DNA from: Longimicrobiales bacterium
Lineage (GTDB): Bacteria; Gemmatimonadota; Gemmatimonadetes; Longimicrobiales; Gaopeijiaceae
Direction of reading: 5' to 3'
Assembly: GCA_965116905.1 (NCBI GenBank)
Contig: OZ220732.1
Coordinates: 672,001-736,000, forward strand
DNA length: 64,000 nucleotides
Every line of letters starts with the position of its first letter. The stretch's first letter is position 1. The notes under the pieces are model-generated. The model did no database searches and was not told the DNA's origin. It saw nothing but the letters and a program-made list of their open reading frames with translations. A program made the translations under genes and the position numbers. Shown here piece by piece: positions 39,020 to 48,805 of the stretch.

Positions 39020-40270
39020 ATGACCTATCATCCACGAATCGTCGACCGCGAGTTGGCCGAGCGCCTGCAGGCCACCGGTGCGGTGGTGATCGAGGGCCCC
39101 CGAGCTTGCGGAAAGACCACTACGGCCAGGCAGATCGCGGCCAGCGAAGCGCGGCTCGACGTCGACGAGATTGCACGCCGCCTGGCCAGTCTCGAGCCCG
39201 CCCGCGTTCTGACTGGTGACGCACCGAGGCTGATCGACGAATGGCAACTGGAACCGGCGATCTGGAATCACGTGCGGAGGGCGGTCGACGACCGGCGCCT
39301 ACCGGGCCAGTTCATCCTTACCGGATCCGCGGTGCCCGCCGACGACGCGACCCGGCACACGGGAGCCGGCCGGCTGACCCGGCTTCGCATGCGCCCGCTC
39401 TCGACGTTCGAGCTGGGGCGCTCATCAGGCGACGTCTCGCTCTCGAGTCTCATGGACGGCGCGCGTGCCGCAGCCGGCAGGTCGGCGATCCCGCTCGACG
39501 ATCTTGCCGAACTGATCTGCGTCGGCGGCTGGCCGGTCAACCTGGGCCGCACCACCGAAACGGCGCTCCGCGCCAACAGAGACCACCTGGACGAGATCCG
39601 CCGCCTGGACATCGTGAACGGGGACGGCAAGCGGCGAGATCCGGTGAGGGTCGGTATGCTCCTTAGGTCGTTGGCGCGAAACGTCGCCACGCCCGCGGCA
39701 ATCGCGACCGTCGCCTCCGACACCGGCGAGGGCGTGTCCGCGATCAAGGAACACACGGCCGCCGACTACCTCAGGGCGCTGGAACGGATCATGATCGTGG
39801 AAAACCAGCCAGCCTGGCCGACGCACCTGAGATCGAGATCGGTGCTGAGAAACAAGCCAGTCCGGCACCTGGCGGATCCGTCACTCGCAACGGCCGCCGT
39901 TCGTGCTACGCCGGCCCGTCTGCTCCGCGACCTGGACTTCCTGGGGCTTCTCTTCGAGTCGATGGTCGTGCGGGATCTGCGGGTCTATGCCCAGGCGGCG
40001 GATGCCGAGGTGTTCCACTACCGCGAGAAGGGCGGACTCGAGGTCGACGCGATCGTACAGGGCAATGATGGCCGTTGGGCGGCCTTCGAAGTGAAGCTGG
40101 GTGAGCGACGGGTGGACGAAGGCGCTCGCAACCTGCTCCGGCTGGCAGAGAGGGTGGACGAGCGGCGGATGGGGAAACCGGCGGCACTTGGGGTAATCGT
40201 GAGTCGGGGTTACGGGTATACGCGAGAAGATGGGGTACAGGTGGTTCCGGTGGGGGCCTTGGGGCCGTGA
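39020..40270 (+). CDS. AAA+ ATPase (AAA_14) with DUF4143 domain
   Basis: EGPRACGKTT, LIDEWQ, FILTGSA, FESMVVRDL, EVDAI...FEVKLG. Confidence 0.9.
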   Translation: MTYHPRIVDRELAERLQATGAVVIEGPRACGKTTTARQIAASEARLDVDEIARRLASLEPARVLTGDAPRLIDEWQLEPAIWNHVRRAVDDRRLPGQFILTGSAVPADDATRHTGAGRLTRLRMRPLSTFELGRSSGDVSLSSLMDGARAAAGRSAIPLDDLAELICVGGWPVNLGRTTETALRANRDHLDEIRRLDIVNGDGKRRDPVRVGMLLRSLARNVATPAAIATVASDTGEGVSAIKEHTAADYLRALERIMIVENQPAWPTHLRSRSVLRNKPVRHLADPSLATAAVRATPARLLRDLDFLGLLFESMVVRDLRVYAQAADAEVFHYREKGGLEVDAIVQGNDGRWAAFEVKLGERRVDEGARNLLRLAERVDERRMGKPAALGVIVSRGYGYTREDGVQVVPVGALGP

Positions 40271-40344
40271 GCCGGATGGCATGTTTCGTGCGTCAATGCA
40301 CGGACAGCGCGGATCGATTCAATCCTCCCCAAGGAGCTTCCCGA

Positions 40345-40917
40345 ATGACACGTTTCCTTCGACCGGTGCTCATCGGAATCGCCGGGGCGAGCGTGCTGGC
40401 CACGGCCGGGTGCGCCAGCCGCGGGCGAATCCCGGAGGTCGCAACCCTGGCACCGTACAACGGCGAGTGGGTGCTCGCAGCGGTCCAAACCACCGGCCAG
40501 CGCCTCCAATTCGTGTCCCCGGAGGGCTCCGGCTTTGTCCGCGGCACAGGACAGAAGGTCTTGGCGATCATGGCGATGCGCGCGGAACGATTCGTGCTGG
40601 AGGTGAGCGATTCGCACTTCCGGGTTTCGAGCGATGAACCCGGCTTCGCCTTTGCGTTGCCTATCGACGGCACCCCGGTGGAAGTCCTTGCTGACGACGG
40701 CGAATTGGAACAATCCATAGCGCTGAGATGGGATAACGGAATGCCGGTCGTCAGGCGGACGCTGCCGGGTTCCGGATGGGTTTCCGAACGCTTTGGGTTG
40801 ACCGCAGACGGGGCGCTGATCATCACCCGTACGGCGGCACAAACAAACAACAGGGGAACGGATGTGCGAGCCTCAGGCGATATAGTAGTCGCCTACACTC
40901 GGAGCACAGGTCCGTAG
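40345..40917 (+). CDS. Hypothetical lipoprotein
   Basis: AAGGAG RBS; TAGC lipobox; beta-rich mature part. Confidence 0.55.
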   Translation: MTRFLRPVLIGIAGASVLATAGCASRGRIPEVATLAPYNGEWVLAAVQTTGQRLQFVSPEGSGFVRGTGQKVLAIMAMRAERFVLEVSDSHFRVSSDEPGFAFALPIDGTPVEVLADDGELEQSIALRWDNGMPVVRRTLPGSGWVSERFGLTADGALIITRTAAQTNNRGTDVRASGDIVVAYTRSTGP

Positions 40918-40925
40918 AGGTGAGA

Positions 40926-42104
40926 ATGAAACCCTATCCTATCATCACTACCCTGCTCACCCTGATGGCCCTTGCGGGTCTGTTCTCACTGCGCATCGTC
41001 GGGCTCTACAGCCACCAGGCGCTGGCAGTCGTGCTGCTCCTCGGCCTCGTGTGGGCGATCGCGAGCCGCGGCTGGCTGGCCGGAAAACGGCGCCTGCACC
41101 TCGAACTGCTCCGCGAACCTGGCGGGCGCGACCATCGGCCCCAGCTTCTGCAGGCGATCGGGCGTGCGAGCTTCTGGGCGATGACCGGTACCGCGTGCGC
41201 GGCGGTTTTCCCACGCTCGGCCGAGATGACGCCCCTGATCGCGGGCGTGATCGGGATTGCCGTGCTGCTCGTCGCGGCCTCGTTCCTCGTCCCGCGCCGG
41301 ACCAATGCCGGGCCCACCCTCGTCATGGCGGCAAGCGCCCTGGTCCTGGCGTTCGATCTGGGTCGCGCGTTTGCGGGCGGGGGCTTCCGGGATGGCGAGG
41401 CCGACATCGTGCAGCTTGCTCCACCCTTCGAGGGCGAGTGGCTCGTCCTGCAAGGCGGTCCCAGTCCCCTGCAGAACCACCATCTGTCGGCCTACAACCA
41501 GCGGTTCGCCCTCGATCTCGTGCAGCTGGACAACGGCCGGATCTTCACCGACGAGGCGGGCAACGCGTCGATCTACAGCTGGGAGCAGCCCCTGATATCG
41601 CCCGTGGACGGTACGGTGGTCATGGCAGAGGACAGGATGGAGGATGCGGAGGGCGCGAACTTCGTGACCGATCCCGCGGACGCGGCCGGCAACGTGGTCG
41701 TCATCGAACTCGACACCGGCCACTTCGTCGTCCTTGCGCATCTCCGCCACGGTACGCTCCAGGTCGACGAAGGCGACCGGGTTCGGAAGGGCGATCCACT
41801 GGCTCTGGTCGGCAACTCCGGCAACACGACCATGGCACACCTCCATCTCCAGGTGCAGACCCACCGCGACCTCTGGGACCCCGACAACCGGTCGGTGCCG
41901 TTCGTGTTCGAGGGTGACGGCCGGGTGCTGGCGCGGAATGATCGGGTCGTGGGGGCGAGCAGTTTGCAGCGCGCATTGGCCGCCTTCGAAGACGGGGACT
42001 TCAGACGTGGCGGCAGTACCAGGGCTCGTTCATTTCGCAATCGTAGCAAACGCCGTCCGGATGCGTCCGGTGCCAGGCGATCGTCGCGCTCGCAATCAGC
42101 TTGA
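40926..42104 (+). CDS. Membrane-anchored M23 family metallopeptidase
   Basis: N-terminal TM helices; FALDL, AGNVVVI, LAHL, VGNSGNTTMAHLHLQ (HxH). Confidence 0.8.
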   Translation: MKPYPIITTLLTLMALAGLFSLRIVGLYSHQALAVVLLLGLVWAIASRGWLAGKRRLHLELLREPGGRDHRPQLLQAIGRASFWAMTGTACAAVFPRSAEMTPLIAGVIGIAVLLVAASFLVPRRTNAGPTLVMAASALVLAFDLGRAFAGGGFRDGEADIVQLAPPFEGEWLVLQGGPSPLQNHHLSAYNQRFALDLVQLDNGRIFTDEAGNASIYSWEQPLISPVDGTVVMAEDRMEDAEGANFVTDPADAAGNVVVIELDTGHFVVLAHLRHGTLQVDEGDRVRKGDPLALVGNSGNTTMAHLHLQVQTHRDLWDPDNRSVPFVFEGDGRVLARNDRVVGASSLQRALAAFEDGDFRRGGSTRARSFRNRSKRRPDASGARRSSRSQSA

Positions 42105-42249
42105 TGTCCTCGAGCGCCCTGTGGAGCGTGTGATGCGCCGAGCCACCCACCAGGTGTGATACCCGTACTTCCACCTTCACCAGCTCGTCGACGGTTCGGA
42201 GCAGTTCCAGGGCCTCTTTCTCGGCTTGGCGGTGGGTGAGGTCAGGCAT
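42001..42249 (-). CDS. Small hypothetical protein with a C-terminal CxxC...CxH cluster
   Basis: MPDLTHRQAE...VCYDCEMNEPWYCRHV; same strand as and directly after the Cys-rich peptide gene. Confidence 0.4.
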   Translation of the reverse strand: MPDLTHRQAEKEALELLRTVDELVKVEVRVSHLVGGSAHHTLHRALEDIKLIASATIAWHRTHPDGVCYDCEMNEPWYCRHV

Positions 42250-42310
42250 GGTGGGGTCCTGTCGGTTCGGTGAGTCCTTCTGTACGCGGCCCGCATCCCA
42301 TGCAGTCGCC

Positions 42311-42532
42311 TCAGAACTTCTTCCCGCACATGTCATCGTCCAGGCAATTGAATCGGAACATGCAACAGTTGCCGCAGCAGTACGGGTCTCCCGCCACGGT
42401 TTGCTTGCAACAGTGGAAAAGGAAGCCCGAACTGGACGCAGCGGCCGCGGCCTTCGGGGTGGCGAGTGTCAGTGGCAGCAGAGCCGCGTTCGCCGCGACC
42501 GCGAGCAGGATCCATAGGAGTCTCTTTTTCAT
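42311..42532 (-). CDS. Secreted Cys-rich mini-protein (8 Cys)
   Basis: GGAG RBS; Sec signal MKKRLLWILLAVAANAALL...; mature part CC-x9-CC-x2-CC-x5-C-x5-C. Confidence 0.7.
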   Translation of the reverse strand: MKKRLLWILLAVAANAALLPLTLATPKAAAAASSSGFLFHCCKQTVAGDPYCCGNCCMFRFNCLDDDMCGKKF

Positions 42533-42579
42533 TTGTCGTTCTCCAGTCTGTGCTTAAGGGGTGGATAGCGGTACATCCG

Positions 42580-43128
42580 TCAGAGTGCGTCAATCGCTTC
42601 TATCATCTGTTCCAACCGGCGGCCGTGCCCATCGAAACGAAGCACACCAGCCGAATCAAACACAAAGACCCAAGGCGTCCTGGAAAACAGAGGGTACATC
42701 GGGTCGGCAGGCGTCAGCGCTTCCGAGCTGAGGACATCTACATCCCAACCAAAGCGTTCGGCATAGGCCACCGCCGGCCCCACGGAATCGTTGGTCACCG
42801 CGATTCTCTGCGCGAAAGGTCTGTCGGTCTGGTCGGCAGCGAAGTGCTCCGCCCATTCCGGCGCCACAGCGTGACAGTGCACGCAATCCGGATGGAAGAC
42901 GTACAGGATCGTAGGAATGCCGGCATCGGTAGCGAGTCGAATGGTCGTGGGGACATCGCCTCCGAAGCTCCCCGTCAAGGCGAGCAAGGTGTCCCCGACG
43001 ACCATTTCGGCTGCGGTCGCCGACGGAGAGCCCACTTGCTGAGCCCGACTGACCGCCAGGACAGCCTGGCTGCCGACCCCCGCCACGAGCAAGAACAGCA
43101 ATGCGTTCAGCCAGTGCGTCGTCTTCAC
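42580..43128 (-). CDS. Membrane-anchored thioredoxin-fold (CxxC) protein
   Basis: N-terminal TM; LYVFHPDCVHCHAVAPEW; TPWVFVFDSAGVLRF (cis-Pro loop). Confidence 0.75.
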   Translation of the reverse strand: MKTTHWLNALLFLLVAGVGSQAVLAVSRAQQVGSPSATAAEMVVGDTLLALTGSFGGDVPTTIRLATDAGIPTILYVFHPDCVHCHAVAPEWAEHFAADQTDRPFAQRIAVTNDSVGPAVAYAERFGWDVDVLSSEALTPADPMYPLFSRTPWVFVFDSAGVLRFDGHGRRLEQMIEAIDAL

Positions 43129-43267
43129 GATGAGGCGCCTCTCTGGATGGAGTGCGGTTTGGGCTGCTATACCTCTCCAAACGCAAGAGGGCTGGTCCGA
43201 ATACTGTCATTTTCCGACACAGGGCCCGGCCATCCCGTCTTTTCGGATTCCCGGCCCGGACCGCCCT

Positions 43268-43771
43268 TCAGTCCTCCTCCATCCAGTCCATCAGCAGTAC
43301 CCTCATCTCCGGCATCTTTCGCAGCTTTGACATCGTCCGGTTGAGGATCGATCGTGCTGCAGATTGGCTCACTCCAATCGTTTCCGCGGTCTGCTTCAGG
43401 TTACGGCCCATGACCCCCCACACCGTCAGAGTGTCGCGCTCGCGGTCGGTAAGCCGGCTCAAGGCGGCTTGCACGATCGGTTGGGCTTCCTCCCGGCGCA
43501 CCTCGTCCAGGGGATCGCACCAATCCGCCGCCACCTCCATGGGGCTCGCCATTGGCACCTCCACTGCTCGAACCCGCTTCTCCGCCCGTAAGGCGTCGAC
43601 ACAGCGGTTCTTGCTGAGGGTGATTGCCCAACGAGCGAACGAACCGTTCCACTTGAACTGATCCAGCCGCTCCAGGATCGCCAGCCAACAGTCCTGGAGG
43701 AGGTCCTGAGCGTCGTCGTCGTCCCTGGCATACGGGCGAATCGCAACCCAGATGCGAGGGCTGAGTTCCAC
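43268..43771 (-). CDS. ECF-type RNA polymerase sigma factor; 5' end probably frameshifted
   Basis: DAQDLLQDCW, FKWNGSFARW, NRCVDALR (region 2); LSRLTDRERD...AETIGVSQSAARS (region 4). Confidence 0.8.
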   Translation of the reverse strand: MELSPRIWVAIRPYARDDDDAQDLLQDCWLAILERLDQFKWNGSFARWAITLSKNRCVDALRAEKRVRAVEVPMASPMEVAADWCDPLDEVRREEAQPIVQAALSRLTDRERDTLTVWGVMGRNLKQTAETIGVSQSAARSILNRTMSKLRKMPEMRVLLMDWMEED

Positions 43772-44007
43772 GACCAGCTCACGCAGAAGGTCCTCGTCGC
43801 GGTTGTGAAGCCGCTCGATATCGACTGGATCAGTGATCGATCAGTGCCTTCGCTGGCTGGACAATTGTGGGCATCGACGCCGCCGCGTTCTCGTCTCGTC
43901 TTCTCAGTGCGGTTGGAGCGCACCGGACCTAAAGATAGGCCAAAAGAGCCGCCGGGTACCGGACCGAACTGGAAGTCACGTGGACCGCTGGTTACCATTG
44001 AAGAACG

Positions 44008-45201
44008 ATGGGACTTCTAGCAACGCTCACGGGATCCAAAGCGGTCTCCCGAAAGCCAGTACCCGTGGGGTTCGCTGGCTCAGCCGTCCGTTGGTTTCTG
44101 GGACTGAGCGCGTTGTACGTCCTTTATGCTTCGGCCAACTTCGTCGGTTTCGCCGATGATCTCCGGATCGTCAACCGGCTCGGAATGGTGTTGGGACCCA
44201 CGATGGCGGCCTTGTCACTTCTGGTCGCGCCAGCCACCTTCGCGGCGGCAGCTGGCGACTCCGCCACCAAGGGGCGCGAGCGCGGAACTCTCCCCAAGCA
44301 AGTCGTGCGGTTGGTACTCCTCGCTCTAGGTGCCTATGCGTTGTACGGGGTTGGACCGCGGCTCAGTTCGGCCTTGCTGGTTGTGGAGGGCCGAGCCCCC
44401 ACCGTGGGCGCCACCTCGCAGATCGTGGACAGCGCTCGTTTCTGGGTGCCGAGCACAATCGCCATCTTCACTGTCCTCGCGGGTGTCGCGGGCGGGATTA
44501 CAAGCCGACTTGCGGAGTGGTGGAATCCCGGGCGGCGAGTCACGATGATGTGGTTGTCCTTTCTCGGCTTGTTCCTTTCCTTCTGGCTGCCGCTCCTGCT
44601 GACGACCAATATGATCCTGCACAGTGGCGTCGCACCCGCATGGATACTGCCAGGCTCTCTCCTGCTTCCCACTATTCTGATCGCAGGGATCGCCTGGTGG
44701 CAGGCCGAAGGTCTGCACCTACCGAATGTTCTTCGCCGTCGTCGAGGCCAGGACGGTCCGCACCACCGGCCCCGCCTCGACCGCGTAGACCGCGCCGTCA
44801 ATCCACCTGCTGACAGACCCGACGAGCCCGCCATTGCAGCGGCTACCGCCACCCGGGCCGAGCTGGAGATGATTCATCTGGCCAAGGGGATCCGCAGCGT
44901 GATCGGTCCCAGCGCCAATCTCTCACCGCAACGCGTGGACGAGATCGTCAACCGCTTGGTCGATGCTCCGCGGACTGAGGCAACCAGGCAGGAAGGGGCC
45001 CGGCGAGCACCTGACCGGATCCACCGACCGGCGACCGTGGGTCAATTCTGTACGAACTGGGCCTGCCTCGCGGCAGTCTTGCTGATGGTCGGGATGCTGG
45101 GTGGGGTGCCGCCCAATCTCGCATTGGCAGGGCTCGCGGGCTTGCTGGGGTCTGTCCTTATTCGGACGACAGCGGCCGGGACACTCAGCATGGCTCGGTA
45201 G
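44008..45201 (+). CDS. Hypothetical multi-pass membrane protein
   Basis: About 8 hydrophobic segments; divergent from the sigma gene. Confidence 0.55.
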   Translation: MGLLATLTGSKAVSRKPVPVGFAGSAVRWFLGLSALYVLYASANFVGFADDLRIVNRLGMVLGPTMAALSLLVAPATFAAAAGDSATKGRERGTLPKQVVRLVLLALGAYALYGVGPRLSSALLVVEGRAPTVGATSQIVDSARFWVPSTIAIFTVLAGVAGGITSRLAEWWNPGRRVTMMWLSFLGLFLSFWLPLLLTTNMILHSGVAPAWILPGSLLLPTILIAGIAWWQAEGLHLPNVLRRRRGQDGPHHRPRLDRVDRAVNPPADRPDEPAIAAATATRAELEMIHLAKGIRSVIGPSANLSPQRVDEIVNRLVDAPRTEATRQEGARRAPDRIHRPATVGQFCTNWACLAAVLLMVGMLGGVPPNLALAGLAGLLGSVLIRTTAAGTLSMAR

Positions 45202-46045
45202 GGCTGGTCCCATTCGTGGTCCAGCCCCTCCTCTGCTCGCGCTGCAAGTCCGTCCTCACTTCCGGCAGCGCATCCGACTCATACTCAAGACCGGCGACAT
45301 CTCCGCAACGATCGGACCCGTAGTATTTGCGTCTGGTTGGGAGGAACTCAGGACTCTCGCAGCGGCGAACCCGGGCTCACCAGCGATCGTAGACCCCGAC
45401 CTCAACGGGATCGGCGCCCCGTGCGCCCTGGGCCAAGACGAGGGGCCTGGCCACCCTCAATACGCCCCCCCGGTGATCGAGTATCCGTGTTCGGACGCCC
45501 AGATGCGGTCGGTTTCGGACGAAACCGCGATTCCCGTGACGCGCGTGAAACAATGTGACGTCGGTGACATCCGTGCCCTGGAGCTCGCCATCCTCAAGAA
45601 CATCGACGCCGAACGGCTCCATCGACTGCTCACCCGCGCCGACGCACGGACTCCCGCGGGTGCCTCGCCCATTCTCCGTCTGTTTTTTTGGCGCGCGGTC
45701 GAACCATGCCGAGTCGGGGCCCTGGCCGCCGCTCTTGACGTGACGGAACGCACCCTGCTGCGCCGATGTCGTGGTCTGGGGATCGCCCGTCCCAAGGATC
45801 TGTGGGCGCTGGCTCGCGTCTTCGCGGTCGCACGGCTGCTCCATTGGAGCAAGCGGCCCTTGAGTTCCGTGGCCCTCGCCCTGGGGTTCTCGAATGACGC
45901 CAACTGCTACCGACTGCTACGTCGCATTCTGGGGAGGACCCTGTCGCGTGACATGACGAGGGACGACATGGATCGCGTCGAGGAGGTCATTCTGAGTGAG
46001 ATCGTCGGAACAAGCCGGACCGCGGGTGATCGCTCGGAGCAGTAA
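45101..46045 (+). CDS. AraC-family HTH transcriptional regulator (start uncertain)
   Basis: LAAALDVTERTLLRRC and LSSVALALGFSNDANCYRLLRRILG double-HTH pattern. Confidence 0.7.
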   Translation: MGCRPISHWQGSRACWGLSLFGRQRPGHSAWLGRAGPIRGPAPPLLALQVRPHFRQRIRLILKTGDISATIGPVVFASGWEELRTLAAANPGSPAIVDPDLNGIGAPCALGQDEGPGHPQYAPPVIEYPCSDAQMRSVSDETAIPVTRVKQCDVGDIRALELAILKNIDAERLHRLLTRADARTPAGASPILRLFFWRAVEPCRVGALAAALDVTERTLLRRCRGLGIARPKDLWALARVFAVARLLHWSKRPLSSVALALGFSNDANCYRLLRRILGRTLSRDMTRDDMDRVEEVILSEIVGTSRTAGDRSEQ

Positions 46046-47059
46046 TCAGGTAGCCTCCACTGACGGCGATGGTTGATCCGGTTGCCCCGCACCATTGCCG
46101 ACACCCACCTCGCGGTTTTCGTGCTGCCGGAGGATTTCGGCTATTTCCGCTTTGATTCCTGGTTCTAACGAAATGAAGCCTGACTCCGATTCCTTTGGCT
46201 CGACGGCGACGAACCGGTTGAATTTCTCCCAGTACGACGGCAGGAATTCGTTCGCCTCATATGGCGACTGGATCCCAGCGTCGGCCAGTTCTTGCGGCAA
46301 GGCCTGGCGCAGGATTCGGAAAGAGCGCTTGTAGATGCTTCGGGCCCCAGGTCGGCATGAGGGTAGCACGTTGACGCCCAGTTTCCGCATCGCTTCAGAG
46401 AACCGGCCTGTTTCCCGACGGTCATCGTGATTCCGCAGCGCTCGACCTACGTGAATTGCGTGAAACAGCCCGTTGGATACGATGGTCTCATGGATGGTGC
46501 GAAACCGACACCAGATCGTCTCGCTTTCGACGAATAGTCCGGAGTGAACGCGATCACTCGCGTCATCGACCAGTGCCACCAACTCCCAGGTCCGCTTCGG
46601 CAACCACTGATAAGTGCAACCAGCCTGGTGAAGCAGTCGCCCCTCGGCGAGCTGCCGACCATCGCATTTTGGCGTCGACCGAGTGGAACGGCGTGGGGTC
46701 ACGAGGCCCGACTCGTGCAGATGATTCTTGGCCCAAGTGTATGACCGTGTACCCCCATGGGAGTCCCTGTACGCTCGGTAGAACTTGCGTACAGGCCATC
46801 CCCGGTACCGTTCCGCGTAGAGTGCTACCAACGCGGCAACTTCCTCGTCAGGTGCCCTTCGGGGATTCGTAGCCCGCCGATCTTCAAGCCCCTTCAGGCC
46901 CATTTCCCGGTACCTCGCGACGTATCGTCGGAAGGTCCGTTCAGAGATTCCCAAGAGGTATGCCGCGCGCGACTGACTGATATCACGGCTCGTCCACTGC
47001 TCATAGACCTCAGCAAATCTGGCCGTTCGCAGGTCGCGCATGGTAGATGTCTTGCTCAC
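46046..47059 (-). mobile_element. Degenerate ISNCY-like transposase (HTH + integrase core)
   Basis: AAYLLGISERTFRRY...GLEDRR, SYTWAK, LVDDASD; the expected HQDGS catalytic Asp reads HQAGC. Confidence 0.7.
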
Positions 47060-47224
47060 TTAGCACTCTCACAGTTGGGTCGCTTGTTCTGGCCGCTCCA
47101 ACCATTTGAAACGTCAGGAAGTCAGGGAGAATACTGTCATTCCCCGACATTGCGCCCAAAGCGAAGGCGATTTTCGCATGGGTCGCCGCGCTCCGAGTAC
47201 ATCCAGAGTCGCCTTGGCTGGACT

Positions 47225-48590
47225 TGGTTCCCATTCCGGCCAAGCCGACCACCGATTCCGCCAAGCCGATCGCAGATTCCAGGCGCGATGCCGATCACCG
47301 TCAAAGGAGCGGAGGTCCCTAGGCGCGCTGGGTGGCGGGTGAGGATTGGAGTTTAGGGTGTTGAGTCGGACTTCGTCGAGTCGTAGAGCCGTCTCATCGA
47401 AGTGCCTTTGACAGTGATGCGGTGAGTGTTGTTGAGGAGCCGTCCGAGGGCGCACGTAACGGCATTGTTCCCGATCGGTCTTCTCGCATTCGAGAAGCAG
47501 AGAGAGGCGGTCGTCGAAGGAGAACTCGCTGATGTCGGGCATGGCGGTCTGCTCCTTGAAGGCCTGGGCCATGCCCGAGAGCCGGAGTTCGTGGGGCAGG
47601 TCGAAGGTGGGTTGGCGAAGCATGATCGTCAGGACTTTTTTCCGTTGTGGGAGGTGGTGTAGTACTCGGGCCCGCGGATGTGGGCGCGCTCTGCAGGCAG
47701 GGAGAGTTCATGCTGCTCGGCGGCGGCTTGGTCGCGGCCGGTTGCGAGGATGAAGTTGACGGATCGGTAGCTCAGCGTTCCGAATTCCAGCGCATGGTGG
47801 CAGGCGACCTCCAGACGTTCGGCCGAGTAGGCGCGCAGCGGGCTCATGAGCCCGAAGACAGCTGCGGTAGCCCTGTTCGAGGTGGGGTCGGCTCTCGAGG
47901 AGTTGTGCGATGAACCCGGCCGTGTGCGGTCCGGCCTTGCGGCCCCAGGCGATGAGGCGCGACGGAGTCCACTCGACGTGGGCGCGGTGGGCAGCCGGCA
48001 TGTGCGCCGGTTCGGCCGCGTATCCTCCTCTCCTGTGGATCCGCAGGTGCGCGGCCACCCGTCGGTGCTTGTGGAAGATCTCCACGGTATGGGCAGTGAT
48101 CCGAACGTCGACCTCGCGGCGGGCCAGCACGTGGGGACGCTGTACAGCGCGTGCCCGGTTTGGATGTGGTAGTCGATGTTCACGCGGGCCTTGCGCCACT
48201 CCGCGTACTCGTAGTGCTCGGCCGGGAGTGGCCTGAGCGCCGGCCGGTCCAGATCCTTGAACCAGCTGCGACGGCTGCCGTCGGTCTTTGTCGAACGGCC
48301 GCTCGTTCAGTGCCGCCAGCAGCGGCCGGGTGGCCTCGCGGAGCTCGCCGAGGGAGAAGAACGTCTGGTTGCGCAGCGGCGCCATGATCCAGCGCTCGAC
48401 GTTCTGGACCGCGGCCTCCACCTTCGTTGTCCCGTGGAGAGCCGGGCCGCGCCGACAGCACGGTGGTTCCGTAGCGGGTGGCCAGTTCCTAGTACCGGAA
48501 CACCTTGTACTCGCTATACCGGCAGCCTGTTGATCTAAGTATGTTATTCCCAATGGCATCACTGATCGGCATGCACCGGAATCAGCAGCT
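47225..48590 (-). mobile_element. Deleted and frameshifted IS21-family element (istA/istB relics with terminal repeats)
   Basis: istA pieces KVEAAVQNVERWIMAPLR and VNIDYH...YSVP; istB N-terminus LRLSGMAQAF joined to C-terminus RLLNNTHRITVKGTSMRR; repeats ATTCCGGCCAAGCCGACCACC at about 47233-47300 and an inverted copy at about 48560-48584. Confidence 0.8.
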
Positions 48591-48805
48591 ACTTGAGCTG
48601 CCCGAGGGCAGGTGGCGGAACGGAAAGTGAGACACATCGGCGACATCGGCGACTTGCCGTGCCATCGCTCCGTTCATGGAAGAGTCGCGCATCCGCTTCA
48701 GAACGCCCGCTGACCAATGGAGAAGCGGTAGGGCGCTTCTCCTAAGGTACGCCCCCAACAATGATCGCACCGTCCAGGCTACCGCAATCCGGGACATCTC
48801 GCTCG

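Noticed and set aside
19300..42104. M14 or M23 peptidases as the lanthipeptide leader protease
   Set aside because: Far from the cluster and not families established for class III leader removal
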